In this document: positions 13,270-26,800 of the stretch, in pieces
How the letters are laid out: each line of letters begins with the position of its first letter
Numbering within the stretch: position 1 is the stretch's first letter
Assembly (NCBI GenBank): GCA_951406725.2
Contig: OX597817.1
Span: 40,052,001-40,116,000 of the forward strand
Direction of reading: 5' to 3'
Length of the DNA: 64,000 nt
DNA from: Octopus vulgaris
Taxonomy: Eukaryota
The notes under the pieces: model-generated
What the model saw: only the letters and a program-made list of their open reading frames with translations
Databases searched by the model: none
Told to the model about the DNA's origin: nothing
Made by a program: the position numbers and the translations under genes

Positions 13270-13596
13270 GAATTAATAAAAGAATTCGGAGCACAGCAGA
13301 AGAAACTCTCGAATCTCCGTGGTATTGGAGGACAAATTGCAAAGCATAGTCCTGACAGTGTGGAGAAGAACAAAGTTCAGAGCACCTTGGCTAGTCTGAA
13401 CAAGCGACATTCTGCACTGCAAGCGTCGATCTCCTGCAGGACACAACAACTTACCGAAGTTGAAGGATTATTAAGGCAGTTCCATGAAACCTCATCTGCT
13501 GTCACTTACTGGCTTGATACAAGTGAAGCATTGATTGCAGAACCTCTCATTTGGTCAGATTTGGACAAAGTCAAACAACAGCATAAAATTTACAAA
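13270..13596 (+). CDS. Coding exon (109 aa, phase 0/0) of giant spectrin-repeat protein, nesprin-1/MSP-300- or spectraplakin-like
   Basis: Acceptor ...tttttcatatgatttaaag|GAA, donor AAA|gtatgt. ELIKEFGAQQKKLSNLRGIGGQI...LRQFHETSSAVTYWLDTSEALI...DLDKVKQQHKIYK has the spectrin-repeat helix pattern with the conserved WL. Confidence 0.9.
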
Positions 13597-13738
13597 GTAT
13601 GTTTATGTTGTTATAATATTTTGTATGTTGTGTGTTAAATAATAATCAAGGATATTATTAAATGTAGTATTAACGCTGTCACACACACACACACATATAT
13701 GTGTGTGTGCATCTATCTATATACACACGCATACAATA

Positions 13739-13792
<54 letters not shown>

Positions 13793-13813
13793 TGCATATA
13801 TATGCACATACAT

Positions 13814-13851
<38 letters not shown>

Positions 13852-14236
13852 TAAATCTTTTACTATTCCAGGTGAATAGAAACCATTAAGTAATTATGAT
13901 GCCATAAATAAACGTGTTTTCATTAACATATAAAATAATGTTAATACTGCAATTAATAATTTCTTTCAATATTTGTCATTGTATTTAATTGTATATTTTT
14001 CAATTTTTATTTTTAAATTGATTTTCATTTTTTTCTTCACTCTATCTTTTGTTCTCTTCACTTGCTGATGTGAAATAAGTTTCGTGTCTCATAAATGTTA
14101 TTTAACTAGCCTTGCATAAACGGCAATACATACATGCATACATACATACACAAACACATACATATATACGGTGATACAAACAGGAAAATAAAACTCCAAA
14201 CATAACTATATATATATATGTAAATATACTTTATGT

Positions 14237-14673
14237 TACCGAAAATCTTCGAGTATAGTCCGCCCTTGAGTATAGTATGCAGGGGATTTATTTAACATCC
14301 TTGGTTTGTAAAAATGTATACCGTAGTGTCCTTTATTATTATTGTATATAGAACATAATGCAAACGTGTAGTTTTGTGTGCATTTTGTTTGCAGAAAATA
14401 AAGAAATAACAGTAATAACGTTTAATAAATGTTGCTTACTGCAAGTTATGGATGATTCTTTTATGACTTCATTGCTTTCAGGCTTAGCTTAAGGTATTTT
14501 CGCGCCCGACATCACAAAATATGCCTGAATAAACATTGCCGGACAGCAAATAGAGACTCAGACATTTCTTAGAAAATATTTTTCATTTTTAACCTCGTAT
14601 ATAGCACACACTAAGGATTTTGACCTTTAAATTTTGAGAAAAAAATGTGGATTATACTCGAGGATTTACAGTA
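14237..14673. mobile_element. Tc1/pogo-type MITE
   Basis: TACCGAAAATCTTCGAGTATAGTCCGC ... GTGGATTATACTCGAGGATTTACAGTA terminal inverted repeats with TA ends and a subterminal repeat. Confidence 0.75.
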
Positions 14674-15419
14674 TTAATCAGCAGAAGTTTGCAAGTGATT
14701 CAATGGTGAAGAGTTTTGCACATTGGCACTTAATGTGCAGATTTCAAATTATGGCCATTACACTTATATAGACTGGTTAAAATGATATGTAATTCTCAAG
14801 ATTGTTCTAGAATAAATTGTAAAAACAATTACACTGTTACAAAATTAATGCCTATGCTTTCAAATGTGCATGTGTATATATATATGTATATATACATGTG
14901 TATTTGTTTTTATACATGTACATATTATGTTTATATGCATGCACATATATATTGGTACATTTATGTATGTGTATATATGTACATATATGTGTGCATATGT
15001 ATACTTTCTTTTTGCCATATTTTGATTTAGCTTCTTTGTCCTTTATTTAACTATTTAATGGACAAACTATTTGAAAAAATATGCATTATTTATGTTATCT
15101 TGTAATCATTTTTATAATTTATTCAGGAACAACCGAGGGAATTATATTTATCATTTTAATCAGTCTATATAAATGCAATGTTCATAATTTGAAACCAGTT
15201 TGATAAGTGCCAATGCACGAAACTCCCATCCCTGATGTCACTCTGTAACTTCTGCCAAAAAATGTGTGTGTATGTGTGTGTGTTCATTTGTTCCCAGTAA
15301 TGCGATCTTGTTGATGAATATCTTATACCAATTTAGTTATTGTTGACAAATAAACATTCATATTTAGTATTTTAATCATGCACACCATTCACACTATTGT
15401 AAGTATTTAGAACTGACCT

Positions 15420-16020
15420 TCGAACATTGGGCCTCACCGAGGCAACGACTAGTGACCGGGACCTTAGGAAATATGCTGTGCTTGAGAAGACTCAGCAAGC
15501 TCAAGTGAGATCATAACCTTGTGGCCTATGCCAGGGGTGTAACCAGCCCACTTATGCGTATCTTTCCTTCATTGGACACTAAACTCTGCTTGCAAAGACC
15601 TGTTGAGGAAAGTGAAATTGAAATCGAAATCAAATTCGATGACTGGTATCCATGCTAGTGGAATGCTAAGAGTACCATTCGAGCGTGATCATTACCTGCA
15701 TCACCTTATTGGCACATGAAAAAACATTCCAGCGAGGTCGTTGCCAGTGGTGCTGGACTGGCTCCTGAGCAGGTGGCACGTAAAAAGCACCATTTGAGCA
15801 TAGCAGTTGCCAGTACCACCTGACTGGCCCTCGTGCCGGTGACGCATAAAAGCACCCACTACACTCTCAGTGTGGTTGGCATTAGGAAGGACATCCAGCT
15901 GTAGAAACTCTGCCAGATCAGCTTGGAGCCTGGTGTAGCCATCTGGTTCACCAGACCTCAGTCAAATTGTCCAACCCATACTAGCATGGAAAGCGGATGT
16001 TAAACAATGATGATGATGAT
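15420..16020 (+). mobile_element. Repeat family B, long sense copy
   Basis: Ends CCAACCCATACTAGCATGGAAAGCGGATGTTAAACAA(TGA)n. Confidence 0.75.
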
Positions 16021-18163
16021 TTCTTAGATGAACACATTTTTAACTTTGTGTTATCCCTCTGGCTATAGTAGGCTCCTTTGCAACTGAAACAAGCAAGACA
16101 GATTAATTTTCAACTATTTTCTATACTCCTCATACCTATGACTTTTGTCCACAGTTAGTAAATGAGAAGAGTATGTGTGCCAGTAATTTGTGTAGCCTTC
16201 AGCTTGGTAATGCAATAAATCATTAAAAGGTTGCTAGACATTATCCTCCTTGCTAATTACCTTCATTATAAACTTTACATAAACAATAGGAAGATCTCTA
16301 CCTGAAACTGAAATGTATCTTATATAACTTTTATTAATTTTCTAAGCGATTTCATTCTCTAGATGATTATATTCATTAATAACTACTTCTAAAGTTGAAT
16401 ATTTTCCTTGCAAAGGTACTTTTGCATCAATATATATCTTATGTTTGGAATTTTGTGAAAGTAATTGTTGTAGGCAAAATTATTCTGTTAAGAAATTTAA
16501 CACAAAATCCTTTTGATAACAATCCTTAACAATATATACACATAAAACAATGAGCTGTTCTGTATTTTAGAGATGAGAAATTCTGTACATTATTTACATT
16601 GGATGAGGACACATATCCATCCAATGTAAATAATGTAAACAATAAGCTGACTGAATCTTTACAGCAATCAGTAAAAAATGCTTTGCAGTATTTCTTGAGC
16701 AAAATTACAAATGTTTTGTCAATAAGCTGGATTCACTGGTGTGTGGAGACAGTTAACACCACAGGATAAGTCTATGCACGGAAAAAATTGGTGTATTTCA
16801 TTGGATTTAAAAAATACTTCCAGTATTTACTGCTTAGTCATTGAGGTCACAGAAATTGCATGAATAGGATGGGAATTCTAATGTGATTTGGATGAGAGGA
16901 GAAAGAGTTAAGATAGGAATGTGAGTCGGTAAGTTTATAATGAACATACTTATAATGAGAGTGATACTGGGGAAGATAAGTGGTATTGGAGATAATGAGG
17001 TAAATTCTAAAGCTGAATAGAAATGAAAGAAGTAAATTCATTAATGGTGAGTGATGTAGCACTGCTACAGTCGTCAATGTAATGACCATAGAATTTAGAA
17101 GTAGGTTCTGCTGAACTGAGCAAAAATCTAAGATCCAATACAGCTAATGTGGTTTGAGCTCATTTTAGTCCCTATGATCACTGTAAAAGTTTGCTGATAG
17201 AATTCATCAGAGAAGCAAATAGAGTTCAGGGTAAGCATGAGTTCAACTTGCCTGAGAGGAATGATATACTAGTTTCAGTTAAGAGTGGAGGTCAAGGAAA
17301 AGAAATGTTTAAGAGTTAATTGCCCATCATTGTGGGTGATAACATTGTACAGAGATTTTCCTCCTGTGGTGATTAGTTGTATGTGTGAAGGAGAGAAAGA
17401 AAAAGAGTTGAGAAGATGAGGGGCATGATAAGTGTTTCTGTATGTAGACAGGTCAGCAAGGCCCTTCAACGTACAAGAAGTGACATGAGTTTATCAAAGT
17501 AGCTACAAAAGAGTTCAGTTGGGTAACTACAAGTAAAGATGATGGGGTGACAAGGATAGCTGGGTTTGTGCAGCTTAAGGAGAAAAAATAATTATTAAAA
17601 ATACAAGATGTATTGATGATGAAGCTAGTAGTGTCCAAAGGAAAGTCAGAGGAAGACGGTATAGGGGCAACAGAGTTTTGCTTCTGAGGGGTGTAATTCG
17701 TGCATAACATGCAGCATAAATCTGCAAACACTGTTGATGTATCAGAGAGCTTCCTTTTGCTGTATGTTATTCTGCTAAACATCATTACTATGATGTTCAC
17801 AGTAACACCAAAACTATCTCTGGATATCTAGGCATGATTGTGCATGCATGTGTTTGGATGTATGCATGCATAAGAGTATGTGTGTGTGTGTATGTATGTA
17901 TGTATATGGGTGTTTATATATTTTGTTTGCTGGTGAGTTGGCAGAATTGTTAGCATGCCAGGCAAGATGCTTAACAGCATTTTCTCCATCTTTACGTTCT
18001 GAGTTCAAATTCTGCGAAGGTTGACTTTGCCTTTCATCCTTTCCAGTCAATAAAACAAGTACAAATACCAGTAAGGCACTAGGGTCAATATAATTGACAA
18101 GCCACCACCCCTGAATTTGCTGACCTTGTGCCAAAATTTGAAATCCTTATTATCTATATAATA

Positions 18164-18523
18164 GGTGCAGGAGTGGCTGTGGTTCCAAGTTCATTTCCAC
18201 TGTGTGGCACCTTGGGCAAGTGTCTTCTACTATAGCCTCAGGCCAACCAAAGCCTTGTGAGTGGATTTGGTAGACGGAAACTGAAAGAAGCCTGTCGTAT
18301 ATATGTATGTGTGTGTATATGTTTATGTGTATGTGTTTGTCCTCCCAACATCGCTTGACAACCGATGCTGGTGTGTTTACGTCCCTGTAACTTAGCTGTT
18401 CGGCAAAAGAGACCGATAGAATAAGTACTAGGCTTACAAAGAATAAGTCCTGGGGTTGCTTTGCTCGACTAAAGGCAGTGCTCCAGCATGGCCACACTCG
18501 AATGACTGAAGCAAGTAAAAGAG
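18164..18523 (+). mobile_element. SINE family A copy with a small deletion in the head
   Basis: Colinear with 6950-7341. Confidence 0.85.
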
Positions 18524-19729
18524 TATATATTTGCAAATGCAGACATAAATACATGAGTGTAGATGTTTCACTCACTTTAGACACACACAATCACACACAT
18601 ATATGCAAATGTGTGTTTGTATATCTGTATAGCATTTTTCCTGTATTTCTTTCTCCATCTTCTCAATAGTTTTCAAATCCACTATTATTCCTTTTTATTT
18701 TCTCCCCTCTCTCTTTTCTCTTTCTCTCTCTCTCTCTCTCTCTCACTCTTTCCTTTCTCTCTTTCGTTCATTCCTAACACTTGTTACCTCTTCCTTTCTC
18801 TCACTAATCTCACTAAGTTTATATCCCCCACCCTATCACCAGCTAACATTTCTTTTCTCTCCAACAAACATTTCTGCCTAAAACATTAAACTTCTTTTCC
18901 TCAAGGCATAAAACATATTTCACTGTTTGAACTATTTGTATTACTTTTTGCCGACAACAGAACATCACTAGTTCTCTCAGTATCTACTGTTTTTCTATAT
19001 AATTTTATATCGTTTGCCTTTGGCAAATCTTCTCATCTGTCTCAATAGATTGTAGTGTTGAATTATATTCTTAGACAAGAGCAAATAAATTACATTGGCC
19101 ATTGAATAAATAAGTAGTTTGACAATTACCGTCTCCTTTCACTAATATCTTTCTAATTTTCTTCCACTTATTTTTAAAAAAAGGCAAAATAAATGGGATT
19201 ACTTTTGGCCTAATTGCAAGACTCCTTTACGCAAGTAAGAGGTGTATTGTTAACTGAATCTAATCAAATATTTTACCAGGATTTATCTTATTGTCCCAGA
19301 GTGATGAACAAAAATCCAATTTTAGCATTATTTGAACACAGATTATCACCTCAATAACACACTTTATTATTTATATCATCACTATGCTGTGATCTCATCA
19401 TTGATTCAATGAACCCCTTGTCATACAAGCCCTATTGAATTATTAAAATACCGGACCTACTTTATCACTAATAACTGTCCTTGCAATGTTTCTTATGAGA
19501 AGCTCTGATGTTAAACAGCTTGGCTGTCTTGCTACACCAACACTATATTTCTCTGGAACTTGCTTTCTGCCTACATGGCTTCACAGTAAATTATTTATAT
19601 ATGTATTATGGTGTGTGCATGTGATGAAAAGTAGCAAATCTATGAAGTCTGTAAAGTCAGCTTCCTTTCGTTGCTCATTAACAAGAAATAGTCTTCCTCC
19701 TTGATGAGCTAACTTCCATCATATGTATA

Positions 19730-19772
<43 letters not shown>

Positions 19773-20130
19773 ACACACACATATATGTGTGTGTGTGAAT
19801 TTGGAGGGATACATATTCTGGTAATCTGGGCGGATACCATGGTAGCTCTCAATTAAGTTCCAGTTTACAGCTAACCACATCAATCATTATTTAATGTCTG
19901 TTACTACAGTTAGTTGTCTGTCACTCTGTGAATTCTTCCAATGGGTAATTCCATGTTCGTTTTGCTGGACAGTAATATTGTCTGGAGTATATATTAGTAA
20001 TAATGATATAGAGTATTGAGACTTGTTCATCCTCTAAATTTATTTTCTCTTATTTTACAATTGTATGCAGCATATTATTATGACCTACACGTGTTTACAC
20101 ATGTTCACTTCAAGACTTGCCAAATGGATA

Positions 20131-20207
20131 GACTCTGAAGAAGCTACACTGATGATAGTGCCAGATTACATCTGCAACTGCCAGTGCAGGAAAAATGCAT
20201 GTAGGTC
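20131..20207 (+). ncRNA. Degenerate hammerhead ribozyme inside fold-back element (~19990-20300)
   Basis: GACT-CTGAAGA-AG-CTACACTG...CAGTGCAG-GAAAA-ATGCAT-GTA-GGTC; the inverted arm preserves AAAC-ACGT-GTA-GGTC. Confidence 0.55.
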
Positions 20208-20296
20208 ATAATGATATGCTGTATAAAATTATAAAATAAGAGAAAATAAATTTTTAAGAAGAACAAGTTTTCATATTCTATTTAATTATTACTGAC

Positions 20297-20366
<70 letters not shown>

Positions 20367-20573
20367 GGCCTGACTGGCCCCCGGGCCAGTAACACATAAA
20401 AGCACCCACTACACTCTCAGAATGGTTAGTGTTAAGAAAGGCATCCAGCTGTAGAAACTCTGCCAGATCAGATTGGAGCCTGGTGCAGCCATCTGGTTTG
20501 CCAGCCCTCTGTCAAATCATCCAACCCATGCTAGCATGGAAAGCGGATGTTAAACGATGATGATGATGATATA

Positions 20574-21447
20574 CGAGGTTTGATCAATAAGTATCCAAAC
20601 TGTTGCCATAGTAATGAAACTAAAGCATTGCAAAGATTGACCCTGAACTCTGCTGTGCATGCACACTCAGTTTTAACATTCTAGCTCACTTCCACTGCTT
20701 ACAGCAGTACTTGGAAGGAAGGTGTGTAGTGTGTGATCATCGCATTGACCATGACAGAAAGTTGTCATGGCAATACCTACTCAGAGGCCTACAGAAAGTT
20801 GAAGAAAGTGTATGGAAAGGAGTGTATGAGCCACACATGAGTATACGAGTGGTTCAGACATTTCCAAGATGGCCGAAAAATGTTGATATTGACAAACATT
20901 CTGGGAGACCCGCAACCAGCAGAACTGCGAAAAACATCGTAAATGTGTGTGCAGCTATGATGGGAAGTCATCGAATCACCATCTGTGGGTTATCAGAGGA
21001 TGAGCAGATTATTTATGGTTCAGATTAGTTATAGTTCAATCCATTAGCACTGAAGATTTGGGTATGAGACATGTGTCTGCCAAGTTTGTGCCAAAACTGC
21101 TTTCAGCTGACCAAAATTAAACTCGGGTTTCAGTTGCACAACATCTCTTTGATAATGTCGAGAATGATGCATACTTTTTGAAAACTTTGCATAGGCCTCT
21201 GAGCGGGTATCACCAAGCTTTTGGTAGATTCTCTACTCAACTTTTTCTGTCATGGTCAATGCAGTGATTACACACTAGACACCTTCTTTCCAAGCACTGT
21301 TGTAAACAGCAGAAATAAGCTAGAATGTTAAAACTTAGTGCGCATGCACAGCAGAGTCCAAGGTCAATCTGTGCCAAGCAGCTTCACTCTGCGTGCTTCA
21401 GCTTTGTTACTATGGCAACAGCCTGGATTCTTATTGATCAGACGACA
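20574..21447 (+). mobile_element. Non-autonomous mariner with ~200-bp terminal inverted repeats and N-terminal transposase remnant
   Basis: TA-CGAGGTTTGATCAATAAG...CTTATTGATCAGACGACA-TA; internal DKHSGRPATSRT...HRITI and MRHVSAKFVPKLL (WVPHEL-like). Confidence 0.85.
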
Positions 21448-21633
21448 TATATATGTGGAAACAATTATAGTGATTAAAAAATAAATGGTCGACCGTGCCC
21501 CTTCTTATTGACTCCAATCTTTCAATTATCTGTTCACACATGCCAGATGCCCAAACACAAACCTGGAAGTATGTATAATACTACTACTGGATAGCACAGG
21601 GTAAATCTGAAGGTGGATGAGCTTTATACTGTA

Positions 21634-21853
21634 CTCTTTACTCTCTTTTACTTGTGTCAGTCATTTGATTGTGGCCATGCTGAAGCACTGCCTTTAGTCA
21701 AGCAAATCAACCCCAGGACTTATTCTTTGTAAGCCTAGTACTTATTCTATCGGTCTCTTTTGCCGAACTGCTACGTTTCAGTGACGTAAGCACACCAGCA
21801 TCAGTTGTCAAGTGATGGTGGGGGAGGGGGCAAACAGAGACACACAAACATAT

Positions 21854-21909
<56 letters not shown>

Positions 21910-22069
21910 CGGGCTTCTTTCAGTTTCCGTCTGCCAAATCCAGTTACAAGGCTTTGGTCGGCCTGAGGCTATAGTAGAAGACACTTGCCCAAGGTGCCAC
22001 GCAGTGGGACTGAACCCAGAACTATATAGTTCATAAGCAAGCTACTTACCACACAGCCACTCCTATGCC
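21634..22069 (-). mobile_element. Full-length SINE family A
   Basis: Reverse complement of 6950-7341, with internal (TA)n. Confidence 0.87.
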
Positions 22070-22115
22070 TACTCTACTACATTCTTAACAGAATATACCT
22101 TAACTATATATATAT

Positions 22116-22897
22116 CAGGGTACCAGAAAGTAATGTAACATATGTAATGGGTTCAAATCAGCATAAAACATATTGTAACTGTATTTATTCAATCTAAATA
22201 TAATCACCATCATTACCAATAACATTTTCCCACCTTGAAACCAGTTTTCTGGTTTCTCGGTGCTTTAGAAGAGAAAAATGTTTGGAAGGCCATTTCAACA
22301 TTGCCTTAAGTGTTCGAGTGACCTGAATATGTAAGAAATGGATAGCTTATGCCAACAATGAAATGTAGAAAGCAGTGGCTATTGCCAAATGAAAATTCAG
22401 TTCCAACATCCAAGCATTCAAAGTATTGAAACAAGGAAAAAATCATCACTGTAGAATATTATATTGTCAACAACTTGAACATATCAATCAAATTTTGCTC
22501 AAAAAACAGCTTTAGTCAACAAAGTCATGATGACATTCTGCAGAGATAACTCAAGAAAAGTTAAATTCATTAGGTTGGGAAGCTCTGCTTCATTTTCTGT
22601 AATCAGCAGACCTAGCACCATTGCATTTTCACTTCCTCAGGTCGCTCGAGCACTTTACCTGTGGAAAAACATTCAGAAGCAGAAATGATGTTGAAACAGG
22701 GCTCCAGTCGTTTTTCTCTTCTAACGAATCAGATTTTCTTTTGCCTGGGGAATCAGAAAATTGGTTTCAACATGGGAAAATGTTTTTGCTTAAAAAGGAG
22801 ATTATATTTAGAATGAATAAAAACAGTTACAATATGTTTTATGCTAATTTTAACTCATTACATGAAATGATGCAACATTACTTTTCAGTACCCCTTG
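22116..22897 (+). mobile_element. Decayed mariner element
   Basis: TIRs CAGGGTACCAGAAAGTAATG / CATTACTTTTCAGTACCCCTTG; C-terminal transposase SADLAPLHFHFLRSLEHFTCGKTF (YSPDLAP-like). Confidence 0.8.
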
Positions 22898-23031
22898 TGT
22901 GTATATATATATATATGTATATACACACATGCATGTGCACATGTCTATATATATACACACAAACACACACACATACACATGTATATGCACCTATATATAC
23001 ATGCATATATTTATATATGCATATATATAAT

Positions 23032-23064
<33 letters not shown>

Positions 23065-24005
23065 ACACACATATAATCACCCCATTCTGTGCCTTTCTAC
23101 ACATGTATGTATACAGGCATATATGTACACACATACACTAAGACACACATATTTGAAAGTATTAGCTCATATACCCCACAATCAATATATATATGTATAT
23201 ATTCAAACTCAGTTAACCATAATTTAAGTGCTATGATATCATCATCATAATCATCATTTAGCGTCCGTTTTCCATGCTAGTATGGGTTGGACGGTTTGAC
23301 CGGGGTCTGGTAAGCCATGGAGGCTGCACCAGGTTCCAGTCTCGTTTGGCAGTGTTTCTACAGCTGAATGCCCTTCCTAATGCCAACTACTCCGTGTTGA
23401 GTGTTTTTTACGTGCCACCAGCACAGGGGCCAGAGGAGGCTGGCAAATGGCCATGATCGGTTGGTGCTTTTACGTGTCACCAACACGGACGCCAGTCAGG
23501 CGGTGCTGGCATCTGCCACGTTCAGACAGTGCTTTTTACATGTCACCGGCACAGGTGTCATATTATGTTTATACATTAAATATATACACACCATGCATAT
23601 AATAGCAAAAGAATAGTGATATTGTTGGAAATGAAGGATTAAATTTATTAAATGACACAGGCCTGGAACACTTACATTGGCCTTTTTGGAATCCGTATGG
23701 TGGCACAACAGCCGGAAACCAATAGCCAACACTGAAGGGAGACAATAGTTTACCTTTGCAGTACTTTGGTGACTGCAAGATGGCAGCACAGCCAAAGATC
23801 GATGGACCATGGCAAAGGGAGATAATCACCTACAGTTTTTACCCTACCCTTAAAAATGAGGCTTTTTCCCCTCCATATTTTAAAGAGGTATCAGGTCAGC
23901 AGTGTTTTGAGTCTGAAGATATGCCGTATGGCTAAACCCCTTATGAGCGAGAAACCCAGGGTAACCCCATTAACAACCTACCCCACTATAATATAAATAT
24001 ATATA

Positions 24006-24046
<41 letters not shown>

Positions 24047-24754
24047 CATCATCATCATCAAACTACATAAACAAACAGCAGCAAAACCATTCTGAAATTA
24101 AATAACACTAACATATTCAGTAACAATAATAAATTTAATTTATCCTTGACAACTTTTAGTTTTACCAATTTTGAATATATTGTTCCTGTTTAAAACCTCT
24201 TACCTTCTTGACAGTTGTATTTCTAGTTCTGCCTTGAAGAAAGCTTTACTTCTTGGACTCAAATTTTGTGCACAACGATGTTGTTAAACCTCTGTTAACA
24301 GCACTGTATGCAGATCCCTTCTATTTTCTTTTATGCACAGATAAATTTTTCACTATAGCCCTTAATAGTCATAAAGACACTATATCAATGGATAGACTAA
24401 AAAAAGGCTTTCATAGACAAAACTGTCCCTGTTTCCACTGCAGATGAAACACAGCATTACAAACACGTCCTGCACCCCTACCTTCACATTCTATGACTAC
24501 CATTGTGATTGATCAGGTACTGGACAAGGATTCTGGGTTATTTTTTCAATTTTTAAAATTCATTTTTGAGAGCAGTCAGATTCAATTTTAGTATTCTCGT
24601 TTGTGAGGGCTGTCAAGTTTATTTCAGATATTCTCATTTTAAAAATCATCCCCAGCTAATTGTTGAGAGGATGTTGGTGTTGCTTTGGTGGAAGTTTGCA
24701 CTCCCTAATTGCTCTTGTTATTGTTATTGATTATTATTATTATTATCATTATTA

Positions 24755-24801
<47 letters not shown>

Positions 24802-25255
24802 GTTGTTGTTGTTGTTCATTTTGTTCACCATGTACAAGTACATGTGTATTCATCATTAGAAAAGTTGATGCATGTATTTGACTATTCCAGAGCATATTGA
24901 ACTTATTTTGTGCGTGACGTTTGGCCGACCCTGTATATGCATGTGTGTGTGTGTGTATAAAGTTGGTTGCTTTACTATTTCAATAAACAGATCTATCTAA
25001 CTATTAGCAACTAGTTTCATTGATTTTGTGAGGAAGTGTGATGGAATGAGAGTTGTGATATTTGTATATGTTTTTCCAATACAAGTGAAATGTATCCGAG
25101 TTGAAATTGAAAATTGGTTTGTTCTTTGATTTTGCTGCTACCTTACCTTTTTTATTTTTTTGTTATTGAACTTGTTGATATCATGAACATTGAATTAAAA
25201 AATATTTCTTTTACAATTATTAACTGGTTATCTATTGCCTTTATTTTTATTACAG

Positions 25256-25561
25256 AGATTATCCACAGAGCTGTTGGAAAACCAAAGTAAGGTAGACTAT
25301 CTGAACAGCACTGTAAAACATCTTGCCCAGATATCTGATGCCAGTGAGCCAGCACATCACATCTCTCTCATTAGTCAACGTCTTTTCAACATGCGTGGTA
25401 AAGTGAACAACAATTTTACTTCTCTTGATGATGCTATGTCACAAGTGGCTGAGTTTGAAAACCAACAGAAATCTATGAATGAATGGCTTGTCTTTACTCG
25501 GCAGCAGTTACATGTTAGTGATACAACTCTCACATTACAGGACCAATTATCTCTCAATGAG
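25256..25561 (+). CDS. Coding exon (102 aa, phase 0/0), spectrin repeat
   Basis: Acceptor tttttattacag|AGA, donor GAG|gtaggt. RLSTELLENQSKVDYLNSTVKHL...EFENQQKSMNEWLVFTRQQL...LQDQLSLNE. Confidence 0.9.
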
Positions 25562-26249
25562 GTAGGTATTTCATCATCATCATCATCTTTATTCTTATCA
25601 TCTTCATTGCTTTAACATCCATGGTTAGTCCACATTACTCTCTAACAAATATAGGGTCAGTTTCCTTGGGTTCTCTGACATATATACTCCTCCCTGGACA
25701 GGACACCAGTCTGTCACAGGATTGCTCATTTCAATGTGCAATGAAGTGTTTTGCTGAAGAATACGATACATCACCTGGTCCAAGAATCAAAACCACAATC
25801 TTATGATCATGAGTTCAACATACTAATCCCTAAACCGTGTGCTTCCATTGTATAGTGGAGGCACATGCTTGCATGGGTCAGACAGAATTAACTGAGGTAG
25901 ACTTTCTACAACCAGAAGCCTTTCCTGTTGCCAGCTCTCACTTGTTTCCATGCAGGGTACCATTTCCCATTGGCTAGACATAGTTTTCAAGGAAGATTGG
26001 AAATGAATGGCATCCCTTGTGTGACAGTAACATTCATTAACAATTATCAAGACAAGAAAGCTTAAGCACATACACACACATACACTCGCACACATACAAC
26101 AGGCTTATTTCTATTTCCATTTACCAATTCCACTCACAACATTCTTGCCCAAGGTGCCATGCAGTGGACCTGAAGCCATAGAATTTGGAAGGAGTCTTCT
26201 TCACCACACAGCCAGACCTGCACCTATTAATTTATTATTATTATTATTT

Positions 26250-26800
26250 TTTTATTCTTCTTTCTTCAAATTTTCTTCCATTTCTCGATGAGTGTTTTCC
26301 GTACACCTAGGGCAGAGAAGCTCATTGTATGCATTCCCAGATTACACATGCAAATTCACAGGTAAAATATGTATTTTTAAAAAAATTAACAAATGAATAA
26401 ATTCATGAATGGATGTTGTTTTCACAGCAATAATGCTCTTCTCAGTACATGAGTCATTCCAGTTAACACGATTTTTTGCACTTCCTGTAGGGATGGTAAG
26501 CCTGGTGTCATTTTCAAATAGGTTTCAGTACCTTTTTTTATCATTCCTAGAGATCCCACAATCACTCGTACTGTGGTCGCCTTGAAATGCCACATTTTTT
26601 CAATTTCTATTAGCAAGCCTTTATATTTACTGATCTTGTCAAATTCTTTTGCCGCTATATTGTGATTGCAAGAAATACTCATGTCAATTAATAAACACAC
26701 CTTTTTTGTCTGATCTTTTATAATAATATTCAGTTTATTAGCTTTTATAGTTTTGTCGGTATGTACAGGGAAGTCCCAGAGAATCGACACATTTTCTCCC
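26250..26800 (-). mobile_element. 3' fragment of an R4/Dong-clade LINE with restriction-like endonuclease domain
   Basis: ILWDFPVHTDKTIKANKLNIIIKD...CLLIDMS...KEFDKISKYKGL...VIVGSLG (PD-D..K-type RLE; the PD is mutated); flanked by (TAA)n. Confidence 0.82.

Noticed and set aside
16760-17800. Possible old minus-strand CR1/L2-like LINE relic
   Set aside because: The composition is suggestive, but I could not read diagnostic motifs with confidence.
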